A DNA stretch of 64,000 nt from an uncultured Erysipelotrichaceae bacterium (GTDB lineage: Bacteria > Bacillota_I > Bacilli_A > RF39 > UBA660). This document shows, piece after piece, positions 38,489-48,812 of this stretch (its first letter is position 1; the number at the start of each line of letters is the position of its first letter). The translations under genes and the position numbers were made by a program. The notes under the pieces are model-generated. The model was not told where the DNA came from and made no database searches. It saw only the letters and a list, made by a program, of their open reading frames with translations. The stretch is taken from assembly GCA_902795215.1 (NCBI GenBank), contig CADBKG010000001.1:31992-95991 (forward strand), read 5' to 3'.

Positions 38489-39874
38489 TTATTTGTGTAA
38501 CATTTTATCGAGTTTACTTTTTTTATGTAAAAGAGCATTTCTTTTAACTTCATCATTTATGTTAGTAAGATATGTGAACATTAGGCCTGTAGTATCACTA
38601 CCTCCAATTGAGTAATCTGCTTTAGTAAATTCATTGCTATAAAATAAAATTGGAACCTTACCACCAAAATTTACTACTTTATCTACTACCCCTTCTCTAA
38701 CTGTCTTTTGAATACCATATAAACTACTTATTATAAATGTGTATCCCTTTTCTTTAGATGCTTCATATATATTTCCAATAAGCCCATCTATGTTATGCAA
38801 AGTATCTTTAATATCTTCCATTCTATTGTATTTTCCAATATCGTAATCTAAAACATATCCATCTCTTTTAGTACTTTCTATTGTATTAATAACAGCATCT
38901 TTATTGCTAAACAAAGTATCATCATTTATAGCAAAGGTAATATTGCCAGATAATTTTCTTTCTTTACCATTCATATAATAATTAATAGTATTTACATTGT
39001 CTTGTTCAGCAAAAACCATTAAATTAATTTTATTCTCATTAATTATGGAAGACAAATAATGTGATTGTTTAACTCTTTCAAACATAAAAGGAATTTCTTC
39101 TTTATATTTATATAAACTAAACATATTAACTTGACCTTTTAATAGCTCATTATATATTTTATCTATATCTACTTCTGTATAATTTAAAAATAATATAGAG
39201 TCACCTTGTGCAATACTAAATCCATCATTAATTTTAAATGGCATTACATTTTCTGGAGTATTTAAATTTGTTTTTAAAACATCAATTTTTTTAGAAAACT
39301 GATTCCATTTTTCTCCTTGCTCTTTGATGAACATTCTTTTAAAGTCATCACTATTTATAAAGTTTTTACCAACTACAAAGCCAACTTTCATATGTTCACT
39401 ATTTTCAAAAACCACTTTATTTAACATATGTTCAAACCCATCATAAAACTTCATATTAGGACTTGATAATATAAAATGTATAAACACTTTCTTATTTTTA
39501 TCAGGATTAAGCGCATATGCAAAAGATTTAAGCTGTAACAAAGTTGCGCTATCATCTATATTACAAAATATATGCATTTTGTTATCTGCAGTAACTGCTT
39601 TCTCAGCTTCGAGCAATACTTCATTTTTATAAAAAGTTTTATCATATATTTCATTATCTATAGCATTATCCTTTGTTTTAAATGGAGGTACACTAAAATA
39701 TTCATAACCAGTTGTATAATTCGCTGCACTAGTTGCAATTGAACTAAACAATACTTCTTTTGTCATGTTATCTAGGTTCGGCATCAAATTATGACTAAAT
39801 ACTTCCGCTGAACCTTTTTGTTCTACTCCAAATCCATTAATAAGCATAAGAATTGTTTTTCTCATATATATCAC
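38489..39874 (-). CDS. iPGM-like alkaline-phosphatase-superfamily protein, catalytic residues not recognisable
   Basis: N-terminus LMLINGFGVEQKGSAEVF...MPNLD parallels the iPGM IILDGFG...NA...TPNLD; no Ser-phosphorylation/metal-binding motif identifiable. Confidence 0.4.
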   Translation of the reverse strand: MIYMRKTILMLINGFGVEQKGSAEVFSHNLMPNLDNMTKEVLFSSIATSAANYTTGYEYFSVPPFKTKDNAIDNEIYDKTFYKNEVLLEAEKAVTADNKMHIFCNIDDSATLLQLKSFAYALNPDKNKKVFIHFILSSPNMKFYDGFEHMLNKVVFENSEHMKVGFVVGKNFINSDDFKRMFIKEQGEKWNQFSKKIDVLKTNLNTPENVMPFKINDGFSIAQGDSILFLNYTEVDIDKIYNELLKGQVNMFSLYKYKEEIPFMFERVKQSHYLSSIINENKINLMVFAEQDNVNTINYYMNGKERKLSGNITFAINDDTLFSNKDAVINTIESTKRDGYVLDYDIGKYNRMEDIKDTLHNIDGLIGNIYEASKEKGYTFIISSLYGIQKTVREGVVDKVVNFGGKVPILFYSNEFTKADYSIGGSDTTGLMFTYLTNINDEVKRNALLHKKSKLDKMLHK

Positions 39875-39955
39875 CCTTTTACTTTTCTATTTGATTATAC
39901 CACAATTCATACTTTTTTGCTTTATTTTCTTTTCTTTTTTTGTTAGTATAAACAT

Positions 39956-40849
39956 ATGAACGAAAAACATTACAATACATTAAACAATTTTTACAGAAAA
40001 AAATTTGATTCAAAAGTATTTAAAGTAAGTTTAAATGCTGGTTTTTCATGCCCTAATAAAGAAACTGGTGGATGTACTTTCTGCACATTAACACCATACA
40101 TTGGAGATGCTAGCAAAAGTTTAGAAGCACAATTTGAAGAAATTAAAAACATGCTTTTAAAAAAATGGTCCAACGCAAAATATATTGCATATCTAGAAGC
40201 GGGTTCTAACACCTATGCAAGCGTAAAGAAGTTAAAAGAAATTTACGAACCACTTTTAAAAATAGATAACGTAATAGGATTAAATATAGGAACAAGATGT
40301 GATTGTCTAAGCGATGATATTCTAGATTATTTAGAAGATTTATCTAAAAGAACATATCTTACAATAGAACTTGGATTACAAAGTTCTCATAATAAAACAC
40401 TTAAAAGAATCAATCGTGGTCATACTAAGGAAGATTTTACAAAAGCCGTAAAAAAATTAAAACAAAGAAATATAAATGTTGTAGTACATATAATAAATGG
40501 ATTACCAGATGAAACAAAAGATATGATGATAGAAACTGCTAAATATGTTAACTCTTTAAATATTGATGGAATTAAAATACATATGTTATATTTAGAAAAC
40601 GATAGTAAATTATACAAAGAATATAAAACAAAACCTTTTCATATTTTATCAAAAGAAGAATATATTGAAATAGTTGCAAAGCAGTTAGAATATTTAGATA
40701 AGAACATCGTTATACACAGGATTACAGGAGATCCGGATAAAGGAAAGTTAGTAACACCTACTTGGCTTTTAAAAAAGTTTGTAGTTTTAAACGATATAGA
40801 TAAATATTTAAAAGCAAATAATATATACCAAGGAGATAAAACAAACTAG
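39956..40849 (+). CDS. TIGR01212 family radical SAM protein (YhcC-like)
   Basis: N-terminal FYRKKFDSKVFKVSLNAGFSCPNKETGGCTFC signature. Confidence 0.8.
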   Translation: MNEKHYNTLNNFYRKKFDSKVFKVSLNAGFSCPNKETGGCTFCTLTPYIGDASKSLEAQFEEIKNMLLKKWSNAKYIAYLEAGSNTYASVKKLKEIYEPLLKIDNVIGLNIGTRCDCLSDDILDYLEDLSKRTYLTIELGLQSSHNKTLKRINRGHTKEDFTKAVKKLKQRNINVVVHIINGLPDETKDMMIETAKYVNSLNIDGIKIHMLYLENDSKLYKEYKTKPFHILSKEEYIEIVAKQLEYLDKNIVIHRITGDPDKGKLVTPTWLLKKFVVLNDIDKYLKANNIYQGDKTN

Positions 40850-41034
40850 TTATATAATTCTTATTCTTTTATATTAAACTTAGATTTTATAATAATTGGT
40901 TTTTTAATATAATCCGTAATTCATGATGTTTCATTACTATAAGAAAACTTCTTTTTAGTATCTTCTAGAAGTCTTTCATATTCTTTAGAATTGATGCGTT
41001 CTCTTAATGCTCTGACAGATAAATTTTATTTTTC

Positions 41035-41068
41035 TTAATTTCGCATAAAAAAAGCATCTTTTTAGATG
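41035..41068 (-). terminator. rho-independent terminator downstream of the yneF-like gene
   Basis: AAGCATCT-AAAAAG-AGATGCTT stem followed by U-run on the minus strand. Confidence 0.55.
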
Positions 41069-41069
41069 C

Positions 41070-41282
41070 TTACTTTTGATATCTTTGCATTTGAGCCATA
41101 ACTTGTTTAACTTGTTTTTGACTAGGTTTTCTACCCATTTGACTCATCATAGCTTCTATCATTTTTTCATTTATTGGTGGATTTTCTTTAATATACTTTT
41201 CCATATATTTTCTCGTAAAAATAAATCCTGCTATTGCTCCAACAATAAGACCAACTAATACTAGTAATATATCATGTAACAT
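41070..41282 (-). CDS. UPF0154 family protein YneF
   Basis: 70 aa; TM + [35 protein letters not shown] almost collinear with B. subtilis YneF. Confidence 0.7.
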   Translation of the reverse strand: MLHDILLVLVGLIVGAIAGFIFTRKYMEKYIKENPPINEKMIEAMMSQMGRKPSQKQVKQVMAQMQRYQK

Positions 41283-41322
41283 AATATCATCTCCTTAAGA
41301 GTATTTTAACAAAAATAATTAC

Positions 41323-41760
41323 CTATGACAACCAGAAATAATCTTTAGAATAAAAGTCTATTACAAAAAGATTTGGAATTGTTTTTAAAACCTTAAAGAA
41401 AGATGGATTATTAACAGTGCTTTTAAGTTTTAAAAATGTTCTATTAACTGTTAATTTAGAACTTTCATCAGTATAATAATTATTAATTAAATGATTATTG
41501 TTAAATTTAGTATAATAATCACTATTTTTAAGTTTATTAAATATTTCTAAATTTAATTTTTTTGCACTTGTTTCCTCACACATTTTATCAAATACACTTT
41601 TAGCGATATTTATATCATCCTTTTTCATATAATAAATATCATCAAATGCTAAAAATAAATTATATGGTTTATTTTTGGTTAAAGTTTTAAATTCTTTATT
41701 GATTTTAAATATATAAAAAGTCCTCATTCTATCACCAAAAAAATCATACATTAAATGCAT
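41323..41760 (-). CDS. hypothetical protein
   Basis: 145-aa ORF. Confidence 0.35.
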   Translation of the reverse strand: MHLMYDFFGDRMRTFYIFKINKEFKTLTKNKPYNLFLAFDDIYYMKKDDINIAKSVFDKMCEETSAKKLNLEIFNKLKNSDYYTKFNNNHLINNYYTDESSKLTVNRTFLKLKSTVNNPSFFKVLKTIPNLFVIDFYSKDYFWLS

Positions 41761-41776
41761 GATTTATTTTGTCGAA

Positions 41777-42958
41777 TTATAAAAGGTCCTCAAATTTTTT
41801 ATCTTCAGGAGTTATTTTTATAATTTCTTTTTCCTTAATAGCTTTTTGTAATAATGGTTCAAAATCAAATAGATTTTCATACTCAATTGCTTTATCAAGT
41901 TCTGGATTGATAACAGGATGTTTTGGAACAAATATTGTGCAGCAGTCTTCATATGGTAGAATACTTGTTTCATATGTATCTATTTTTTTAGAAATATCAA
42001 TTATTTCTAGTTTGTCTAAACACGCCACAGGTCTTATAACAGGCATTTTAGTTACATCGTTTATAACTGCCATACTTGTTAGTGTTTGACTTGCCACTTG
42101 CCCAATTGATTCGCCATTTACAAGTGCTTTGCAGTTATTTTTTCTTGCAAGTCTTTCACTTATTCTATACATCATTCTTCTCATAATTGTTATTAAATAA
42201 TCATGTGGTGCATTTTTATATATTGTTTCTTGAATCTCTGTAAAATTTATTACATGTAATTTTATATATCCAGAATATTTTGATAATATTTTAACAAGTG
42301 TTTTAACTTTTTCTTTAGCTGCATCACTTGTATGAGGTGGACTTTCAAAATAAACTGCTTCAAGTCTAATACCCCTTTTCATTGCTAAAAAGGCTGCGAC
42401 TGGTGAGTCTATTCCTCCAGAAAGCATAAGCATTCCTTTACCTTGCACTCCAACAGGATATCCTCTTAAACCTTTTTCACTTTCAAAATAAATATAAGCC
42501 TTTTTAAATCTAATCTCTATATCGATTGTAACTTCCGGATTATGAACATCTACACTTATATCCTTTTTGTTTTTTAATACTACGCCCCCTAATTTTTTGC
42601 TTACTTCCATACTAGTTATTGGATAGCTTTTATCACTTCTTTTAGTTACTACTTTAAAAGTTTTAAAGCTTTTATCTTTAACTAAATCTTTTAAAACATC
42701 ACTGATATAATTTATATCGTTATTTTCAAGTTCATAACCTGTTTCTATTTCAAATATACCAAATACATTTCTTAACTTTTCTTTTACTTCTTCTAGTTTA
42801 TCAGTATATATAAACATTCTTCCATTGTCATATTCTAATTTATAATCGATATCTCTAAGTGCTTCTTCAACATTTTTAACAAGAGTTTTAATAAAAAATT
42901 TTATATTGTCTTTTTTAGTAGTTAGTTCACCATATTTTATAATTATTAATTCTTTCAT
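41777..42958 (-). CDS. thiI: tRNA 4-thiouridine(8) synthase ThiI
   Basis: THUMP domain + PP-loop SGGIDSPVAA; overlaps the upstream desulfurase gene by 4 nt. Confidence 0.85.
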   Translation of the reverse strand: MKELIIIKYGELTTKKDNIKFFIKTLVKNVEEALRDIDYKLEYDNGRMFIYTDKLEEVKEKLRNVFGIFEIETGYELENNDINYISDVLKDLVKDKSFKTFKVVTKRSDKSYPITSMEVSKKLGGVVLKNKKDISVDVHNPEVTIDIEIRFKKAYIYFESEKGLRGYPVGVQGKGMLMLSGGIDSPVAAFLAMKRGIRLEAVYFESPPHTSDAAKEKVKTLVKILSKYSGYIKLHVINFTEIQETIYKNAPHDYLITIMRRMMYRISERLARKNNCKALVNGESIGQVASQTLTSMAVINDVTKMPVIRPVACLDKLEIIDISKKIDTYETSILPYEDCCTIFVPKHPVINPELDKAIEYENLFDFEPLLQKAIKEKEIIKITPEDKKFEDLL

Positions 42959-44085
42959 TTCTTTTCCCCCAATTTAGATAATTTTGTATAAATCACATCA
43001 AAAGAATATAAAAATTTATTTAAATCTTCAAAACTTGTCATATGTGAAAGACTTATTCTAAGTGTTGTAGATGCCCTTGTTTCATCATTAAATAATGCCA
43101 TCGCACTAGAACTTAGTTTTGCACTAGAACATGCAGTATTGCTTCCAACGTAAATATCTCTTTTTTCAAGAGCGTGAATAAAAGTTTCTGGTTTGATATT
43201 CATTAAACTGATATTATAAATATGCGGAATTGAATAACTAGTTTTATTGATTTTAATATCTTTATATTTTTTAATATTATCATTTAATTTTTCATTTAAT
43301 AGTTTAACAACGCTTTCATTTTTTGATAAATTCTCTACTATAAGTCTTAAAGCTTTTGAAAATGCAACTATTAAAGGAAGAGATGGTGTTCCACCACGCA
43401 TTGTATTATCAGCGCCATGTATAATAGGTTCAATATTTATTTTTTCGTTTTTATAAAGCATGCCTATTCCTTTAGGTCCATATATTTTATGACCTGATAT
43501 ACTTGCCATATCAACATCACTCATATTTACACTTACCTTTCCAACCGCTTGTGTCATATCAGAGTGGAATATGCAATTAGGATTCTTCTTTTTTATAATC
43601 ATTTTAATAGTTTTTAAAGGCTGTCTGATTCCAAGTTCACTATTAACAGCGACTATACTAACAAGCAAAGTATCATCAGTTATTTTTTCTTTTAAATCAT
43701 CAAAATCCATAAGTCCATTTTCATCATTATTAACATACACAATATTAAAACCAAGTGTCTTTAAGTAATCACATATTCCATATATAGATGGATGCTCAAG
43801 TTTTGAAACTATTATAGTTTTACCTCTTTTAATATTTTTTAAAGCATAACCAACAATAGCAAGATTATTTGATTCAGTTGCACCACTTGTATATATTATT
43901 TCATTTGTTTTAATATTTAAAACTTTACTTATTTGCTCTGTAGCACTTGTAAGTAATTCATGTGATTTCTCACCTAGTGAATGTAGTGAGTTTGGATTGC
44001 CTATATATTCTTTTGTTACTTTTATATAACTATCAAGTACATCACTTGATACCGGAGTTGTTGCTGAATAATCTAAATAAATCAT
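42955..44085 (-). CDS. cysteine desulfurase (NifS/IscS family; NifZ-like partner of ThiI)
   Basis: Class V aminotransferase; SGATESNN; PLP-Lys motif SISGHKIYGPKG. Confidence 0.85.
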   Translation of the reverse strand: MIYLDYSATTPVSSDVLDSYIKVTKEYIGNPNSLHSLGEKSHELLTSATEQISKVLNIKTNEIIYTSGATESNNLAIVGYALKNIKRGKTIIVSKLEHPSIYGICDYLKTLGFNIVYVNNDENGLMDFDDLKEKITDDTLLVSIVAVNSELGIRQPLKTIKMIIKKKNPNCIFHSDMTQAVGKVSVNMSDVDMASISGHKIYGPKGIGMLYKNEKINIEPIIHGADNTMRGGTPSLPLIVAFSKALRLIVENLSKNESVVKLLNEKLNDNIKKYKDIKINKTSYSIPHIYNISLMNIKPETFIHALEKRDIYVGSNTACSSAKLSSSAMALFNDETRASTTLRISLSHMTSFEDLNKFLYSFDVIYTKLSKLGEKK

Positions 44086-44160
44086 TAAAAATCACCCATA
44101 TAAGTGTACCAAATTTATACTTTTTTGTCATTAAAAAAGTATATAGTTTTTACTATATAC

Positions 44161-45885
44161 TTAAGATTCTTCTTTTGATTCTTTTAAGAGTCTTTCATGT
44201 ATTCCAGGTTCTACTAAATTAATCGCATTTAATGCATCTTCCAAACTTGCTTTAAAGCTTCCTACAAAGAATAAATTTTCAGCTTTAGTTAGACCTTCAT
44301 CAACTTGCTTATTAATTGCTCTATATCTATTACCGTATACTATTGCATGTTCACTCATAGAAGCAGTCTTAACAGTAGAATTTGTTGTCTTATAAAGCTT
44401 TAGGGTTAAATCTCTTGCAGTATCTACTCTTGTATTTAATGTTTCCATATCAAGTGGTCTATTTTCAAGTTCTTTAATCATATCATTAATTGCTTCAGTT
44501 GCTTCAGATAACTCTGTATAATATTGTTTTGGTATAACTGGAAGTTTATAAGTGTTTATTCTTTCTTTTGATGCTTTAAGTATTGCTTTTATATCTTCTA
44601 GTTGTTCTCTTGCGCGTTCTTCATCTTCTTTATACCCACTGATTAATCTTAAAGACTCATCTAAGTTATCTTCTATTTTAGTAAGTCTGTTATTAATTAA
44701 TTCCATTTCTTTTGTTAATTTTGAGAAAGGAAATGCTTTTTGTTTAGCGCTTTTTAAAATCATATCATAATCTTCAGCAATACCTCGTAGAGCAACTGCA
44801 TCTATATTTAGATTTCTAATATTTAAATCACTAATACTATACTGCTTCTTTAATTCATCCATTTTACTTAATAATTTATCAGAGATTTGTTCTAGTTTTT
44901 TAGTTTTAATTGATATATTTGACCCAATTTCATTGAATTCTGATCTAGCAAGTCTTTCTCTATCAAAATCATTATAAATATTATCAAAATATGATGATAT
45001 TACTTTAAGTTCTAGTATTGAATCTTCCAAGTTTAAAACATTTAATCTGTCAAATACATCCGCAATTTTTTTCTCAGCTTCATCTATATTTTTCTCAATG
45101 CTTAAATAATCAAGATTAAATCCATCTTTTCTCATCTTTCCATAAATGTTTCCAACATCTATCATTTTCTTTGGAATAAGTTTTGTACCAAGAAGTATTA
45201 TTTCAGGAGCTTCATCCATTACAACATCTAGGTTATTAATTGAATCATCAAGTGCTTTTATTATTTTAGATATTTCACCAAATGAATTGTTTTCCATAGC
45301 AATTTCAAAAGCACTAAATAGTTTTTCTATTGTTTCAAATTGCAATTCTATAGGTTTTTTAATTATAGAATATGTTGTTTCATTTTCATAATAAGTGTTA
45401 TAAATGAGTCTATATTTACCCTTTAATTTAGTAATAGTTTCTCTATTTCTTTCCTCACTAAGGGTTAGATTCTTAATTTCATCAAGCAAATAATTCGCTT
45501 TGGTTTTTACATGAAAAATACTAAGTTCAACTTTTGCAAGCGTTGGTTCTATTTGTTTATATTTTTTTGAAGAAAACAAATCTTCTATTTCGATTAAATA
45601 ATCTGTTAAAGCTGGCATATCTACATTTTTAATCTCGTCAAATCTTTGTTTCCATTCTATATATTTATTTTCAATTTCTTTTGAATTAATCATACTTTCA
45701 ACTTTATTAAGTTCGTTAAGTATGTTTGAATCTATTATTAGGTTCTTTTCTCTTTCAAGTGTATCAAGGACTTCAGCATATCTTTTCTTTTTATGTTGTC
45801 TAACCAAAATTAAAACAACCACTATAACCGACAAGGCTAAAAGGATATATACAAGACAAAGTAATTTAAAATTGCTATCACTCAT
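44161..45885 (-). CDS. ezrA: septation ring formation regulator EzrA
   Basis: N-terminal TM + ~540 aa of coiled-coil; conserved ezrA-nifZ-thiI gene order next to rpsD as in Bacillus. Confidence 0.75.
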   Translation of the reverse strand: MSDSNFKLLCLVYILLALSVIVVVLILVRQHKKKRYAEVLDTLEREKNLIIDSNILNELNKVESMINSKEIENKYIEWKQRFDEIKNVDMPALTDYLIEIEDLFSSKKYKQIEPTLAKVELSIFHVKTKANYLLDEIKNLTLSEERNRETITKLKGKYRLIYNTYYENETTYSIIKKPIELQFETIEKLFSAFEIAMENNSFGEISKIIKALDDSINNLDVVMDEAPEIILLGTKLIPKKMIDVGNIYGKMRKDGFNLDYLSIEKNIDEAEKKIADVFDRLNVLNLEDSILELKVISSYFDNIYNDFDRERLARSEFNEIGSNISIKTKKLEQISDKLLSKMDELKKQYSISDLNIRNLNIDAVALRGIAEDYDMILKSAKQKAFPFSKLTKEMELINNRLTKIEDNLDESLRLISGYKEDEERAREQLEDIKAILKASKERINTYKLPVIPKQYYTELSEATEAINDMIKELENRPLDMETLNTRVDTARDLTLKLYKTTNSTVKTASMSEHAIVYGNRYRAINKQVDEGLTKAENLFFVGSFKASLEDALNAINLVEPGIHERLLKESKEES

Positions 45886-45985
45886 CTATACCACAGTCCT
45901 CTCCTACTATAAAAATTATATACTAATTTGTATCTTTTTGCAAGGTGAATTTACACAAATAAAAAGACCTATTAAGGCCTTAATA

Positions 45986-46588
45986 TTATCTGTTATAAAA
46001 CTCAATTATTAGAGATTCATTAATTTCAGAAGTTAATTCGTTTCTTTCTGGATATCTAACATAAGTTCCAGACATCTTCTTTTCATCAAAATCAACATAA
46101 GCTGGTCTTGAAACTTTATTTTCAAGTGCAGCTTTAACTGCTGGATGTTCAAGTGATTTTTCTCTTAAACTAATAACACTTCCAGGTTTTACATTAAATG
46201 ATGGAATATCAACTTTTTTACCATTTACAAGAACATGTCCATGGTTTACAAGTTGTCTTGCTCCACGTCTAGTATTTGCAAGTCCCATTCTATAAACTAC
46301 ATTATCAAGTCTTGATTCTAGTAATTTAAAGAAGTTTTCACCAGCGATACCAGACATTTTTTCAGCTTTTTCGAATGTTCTTTTGAATTGTTTTTCAGAA
46401 AGTCCATACATAAAACGCATTTTTTGTTTTTCTTGTAACTGAATTCCATATTCACTAGATTTTTTCTTTCTGTCTGTTCCATGTTGTCCAGGAGCGTATG
46501 GACGTTTTGCAAGTTCTCTTCCAGTTTCAAGTGTTGAAAAACCAAGTCTTCTAGATTTTTTATAAGCTGGTCCTGTATATCTTGACAT
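45986..46588 (-). CDS. rpsD: 30S ribosomal protein S4
   Basis: [16 protein letters not shown]...; 200 aa. Confidence 0.9.
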   Translation of the reverse strand: MSRYTGPAYKKSRRLGFSTLETGRELAKRPYAPGQHGTDRKKKSSEYGIQLQEKQKMRFMYGLSEKQFKRTFEKAEKMSGIAGENFFKLLESRLDNVVYRMGLANTRRGARQLVNHGHVLVNGKKVDIPSFNVKPGSVISLREKSLEHPAVKAALENKVSRPAYVDFDEKKMSGTYVRYPERNELTSEINESLIIEFYNR

Positions 46589-46774
46589 ATATATTCTCCT
46601 TTCTTTTTTATTTCATTTAAAGACTACTCTATTTATCATTCTTTGGGAGTTTGCAAGTCGTTCACATGGCAGATGCTACTAGAATTATTAGCAAACACGT
46701 AAAGAAATAAAATAGAAACTGCCATAAATGCTATTACCCATTATACACAAATGCATGCCTATTGTCAAAGGATT

Positions 46775-47260
46775 TTACCTCTTTTTATGACTTTTATTTT
46801 TAATTTCTTCTTTATATGCATCTTTTTTCCCATTTATATAATAATCTATTGTGCTCTTCATTCTTAAATCGCTTCCAAATTTTAATCTAAATTTATCTTT
46901 TTCTTCATCTGTTAATTTAAAGCTCTGAAGGAACCTCATTAATCTAAATTCATATAGATTTAAAGCATATTCTATTATAAATTCTCTTGGAACTTCTTTT
47001 AGTATTTTTATTTTCTCAAATTCGTATCTTTCTATATATTCTGACTGAGTATCCTCTATTTTTCTTCCACCTTCAAGACCTTCTACTATGCATATAATAA
47101 CATCATTTATTTCAGCATGATAGTTTCTTAAAGAGTCTTCCAAATTTTCATATATTACATATTTTTTTTCTTTATCTTCTTCTTTATATGTTTTCCCTAT
47201 TTCATAGCTATCATTTTGAAGATCAGTCATATCTTCATAAAAGCACATAAATCCTTTCAT
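46775..47260 (-). CDS. hypothetical protein (start likely MKGFMCF at 47260)
   Basis: ORF between rpsD and rplT; no recognised domain. Confidence 0.35.
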   Translation of the reverse strand: MKGFMCFYEDMTDLQNDSYEIGKTYKEEDKEKKYVIYENLEDSLRNYHAEINDVIICIVEGLEGGRKIEDTQSEYIERYEFEKIKILKEVPREFIIEYALNLYEFRLMRFLQSFKLTDEEKDKFRLKFGSDLRMKSTIDYYINGKKDAYKEEIKNKSHKKR

Positions 47261-47284
47261 ATTTACCTCCAAAAAAAGACACAC

Positions 47285-47830
47285 TTATTTTCTTAGTGCA
47301 TCTAATAATTCAGCTTTTTTCATAGCTGTGTAATTAGCAATTTTCTTTTCTTTTGCAAGTTCTTTTAATTCAGCTACTGTTTTTTTAGCTAAATCTTCAA
47401 CTTCTTCTTTTACATCTTCAGCTTTTTCTACTGCTTTTTTAGCTACTTCTTTTACTTCAGCTTTAACTGTTTTTCCTTCTAAAGCAGCTTTAGCAGTTTC
47501 AACTATAGATTTAAATGTTTCTGGTTCATTAATAGCAAGTTCTGATAATACTTTTCTGTTAATTTCAATACCAGCTTTTTCAAGCCCATTAATAAATTTA
47601 GAATAGCTTAATCCGTATTCTCTTACTCCAGCATTAATTCTAGTAATCCAAAGTTTTCTGAAATTACGTTTATTTTGTTTACGATCTCTATAAGCATATT
47701 TTCCACTATGCATTACTTGTTCTTGAGCTGTTTTAAATAATCTATGTTTACTTCCAAAGTAACCTTTAGCTTGTTTTAATACTTTTCTTCTTCTGTTTTT
47801 TGCTACATTTCCGCCTTTAACTCTTGCCAT
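47285..47830 (-). CDS. rplT: 50S ribosomal protein L20 with ~60-aa C-terminal K/E/A-rich extension ending in Rho_N-like motif
   Basis: Canonical L20 first ~118 aa; extension ...[32 protein letters not shown]. Confidence 0.85.
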   Translation of the reverse strand: MARVKGGNVAKNRRRKVLKQAKGYFGSKHRLFKTAQEQVMHSGKYAYRDRKQNKRNFRKLWITRINAGVREYGLSYSKFINGLEKAGIEINRKVLSELAINEPETFKSIVETAKAALEGKTVKAEVKEVAKKAVEKAEDVKEEVEDLAKKTVAELKELAKEKKIANYTAMKKAELLDALRK

Positions 47831-47840
47831 AATGCACCTC

Positions 47841-48026
47841 CTAGATGACCTTTCCTAATTTTTCGAAACTCTTAGATAAAGTTCCTTGTTTTCTTCTTTG
47901 ACGTACTTGTTTGCTACTATCTTTAGCAGTTTTATGGTTTCCGCCACTTTTCTTATAAGTTATTGTTCCATTTTTTTTCTTTTTTAATACTTTGCTTGAA
48001 GCTTTGTGTGATTTTTGTTTTGGCAT
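47841..48026 (-). CDS. rpmI: 50S ribosomal protein L35
   Basis: 61 aa, MPK.K.H...basic; conserved infC-rpmI-rplT order. Confidence 0.7.
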   Translation of the reverse strand: MPKQKSHKASSKVLKKKKNGTITYKKSGGNHKTAKDSSKQVRQRRKQGTLSKSFEKLGKVI

Positions 48027-48046
48027 AATAATTCCTCCTAATACTA

Positions 48047-48583
48047 TTATTTATTTTTCTTTGGCGCTAATATCATAGTCATGTTTTTTCCTTCTAAAAC
48101 AGGCTTTTGTTCAACATCAGCGAATTCACTTAATTCATCTGCAAATCTAATTAATACTTCTTTTCCTTCTTCAACATATTTCATTTCTCTACCTCTAAAG
48201 CGGATAGACCCCTTGATTTTATGTCCTTTTTTCAAATACTCAGAAGCATTCTTTTTACGTGTATTAAAGTCACCGATATCGATATTGTATGATAGTCTAT
48301 ATTCTTTTAGTTCCTTAGTATTTTCTCTTTGATGTTTTTGTTGTTCTTTTAATTTTTTCTTCTTCTCGTAGACATACTTATTGTAATCCATAACTTTGCC
48401 TACTGCTGGTGTATTACCAGGGTTCATTAAAACTAAATCTAAACCTGCATACTTTGCTAAAGTTAGTGCATCTTCTAACTTTTTAATACCCATTTTTTCT
48501 CCGTTTGGGCCAATAACCATTAATTCGCTTACAGTTATAGCTTCATTAATTGGTTGCTCATCCTTCTTAAACTGTCCTATAAT
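48047..48583 (-). CDS. infC: translation initiation factor IF-3 (AUU start)
   Basis: IF-3 N and C domains. The frame is open upstream of the ORF-track ATG through ...IIGQFKKDEQPINEAITVSELMVIGPNGE. An AUU codon at 48583 sits 6 nt after the SD GGAGGTG. Confidence 0.8.
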   Translation of the reverse strand: MIGQFKKDEQPINEAITVSELMVIGPNGEKMGIKKLEDALTLAKYAGLDLVLMNPGNTPAVGKVMDYNKYVYEKKKKLKEQQKHQRENTKELKEYRLSYNIDIGDFNTRKKNASEYLKKGHKIKGSIRFRGREMKYVEEGKEVLIRFADELSEFADVEQKPVLEGKNMTMILAPKKNK

Positions 48584-48732
48584 CCAGCACCTCCATACAT
48601 TTAAAAAAGTGAATAAACAGATTTATCCACTTAAAAGCATTATAATATATTATATTATTTGGCTTTTCTACCTATTACTACTCGTAATCAGGTGGATGTG
48701 GATACATCTCTTTCCTTTTTTAGACATTTATA
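48584..48732 (-). promoter_or_regulatory. infC operon leader (possible L20-responsive attenuator region)
   Basis: ~150-nt untranslated leader between promoter and SD; by analogy with the Bacillus infC-rpmI-rplT leader. Confidence 0.3.
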
Positions 48733-48760
48733 ATTATAATGATTTTTTACCCATTGTCAA
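48733..48760 (-). promoter_or_regulatory. sigma-A-type promoter for infC-rpmI-rplT
   Basis: TTGACA - 16 nt - TATAAT on the minus strand. Confidence 0.55.
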
Positions 48761-48774
48761 GTACTTTTTCATAA

Positions 48775-48800
48775 AAAAAGCACATAATCGTGCTTTATTT
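48775..48800 (-). terminator. rho-independent terminator
   Basis: AAAGCAC-GATTAT-GTGCTTT + U-run downstream of the TasA-like gene. Confidence 0.6.
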
Positions 48801-48812
48801 ATATATTAAGAA

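Noticed and set aside
40920-41020. Minus-strand reading frame ...NLSVRALRERINSKEYERLLEDTKKKFSYSNETS* without a start codon
   Set aside because: Could be a C-terminal gene fragment, but it has no start and no recognisable family; too little to call.
46589-46774. rpsD (S4) autoregulatory leader structure
   Set aside because: Region is long enough (~185 nt) to hold one but I could not recognise the Bacillus pseudoknot by eye; left unannotated.
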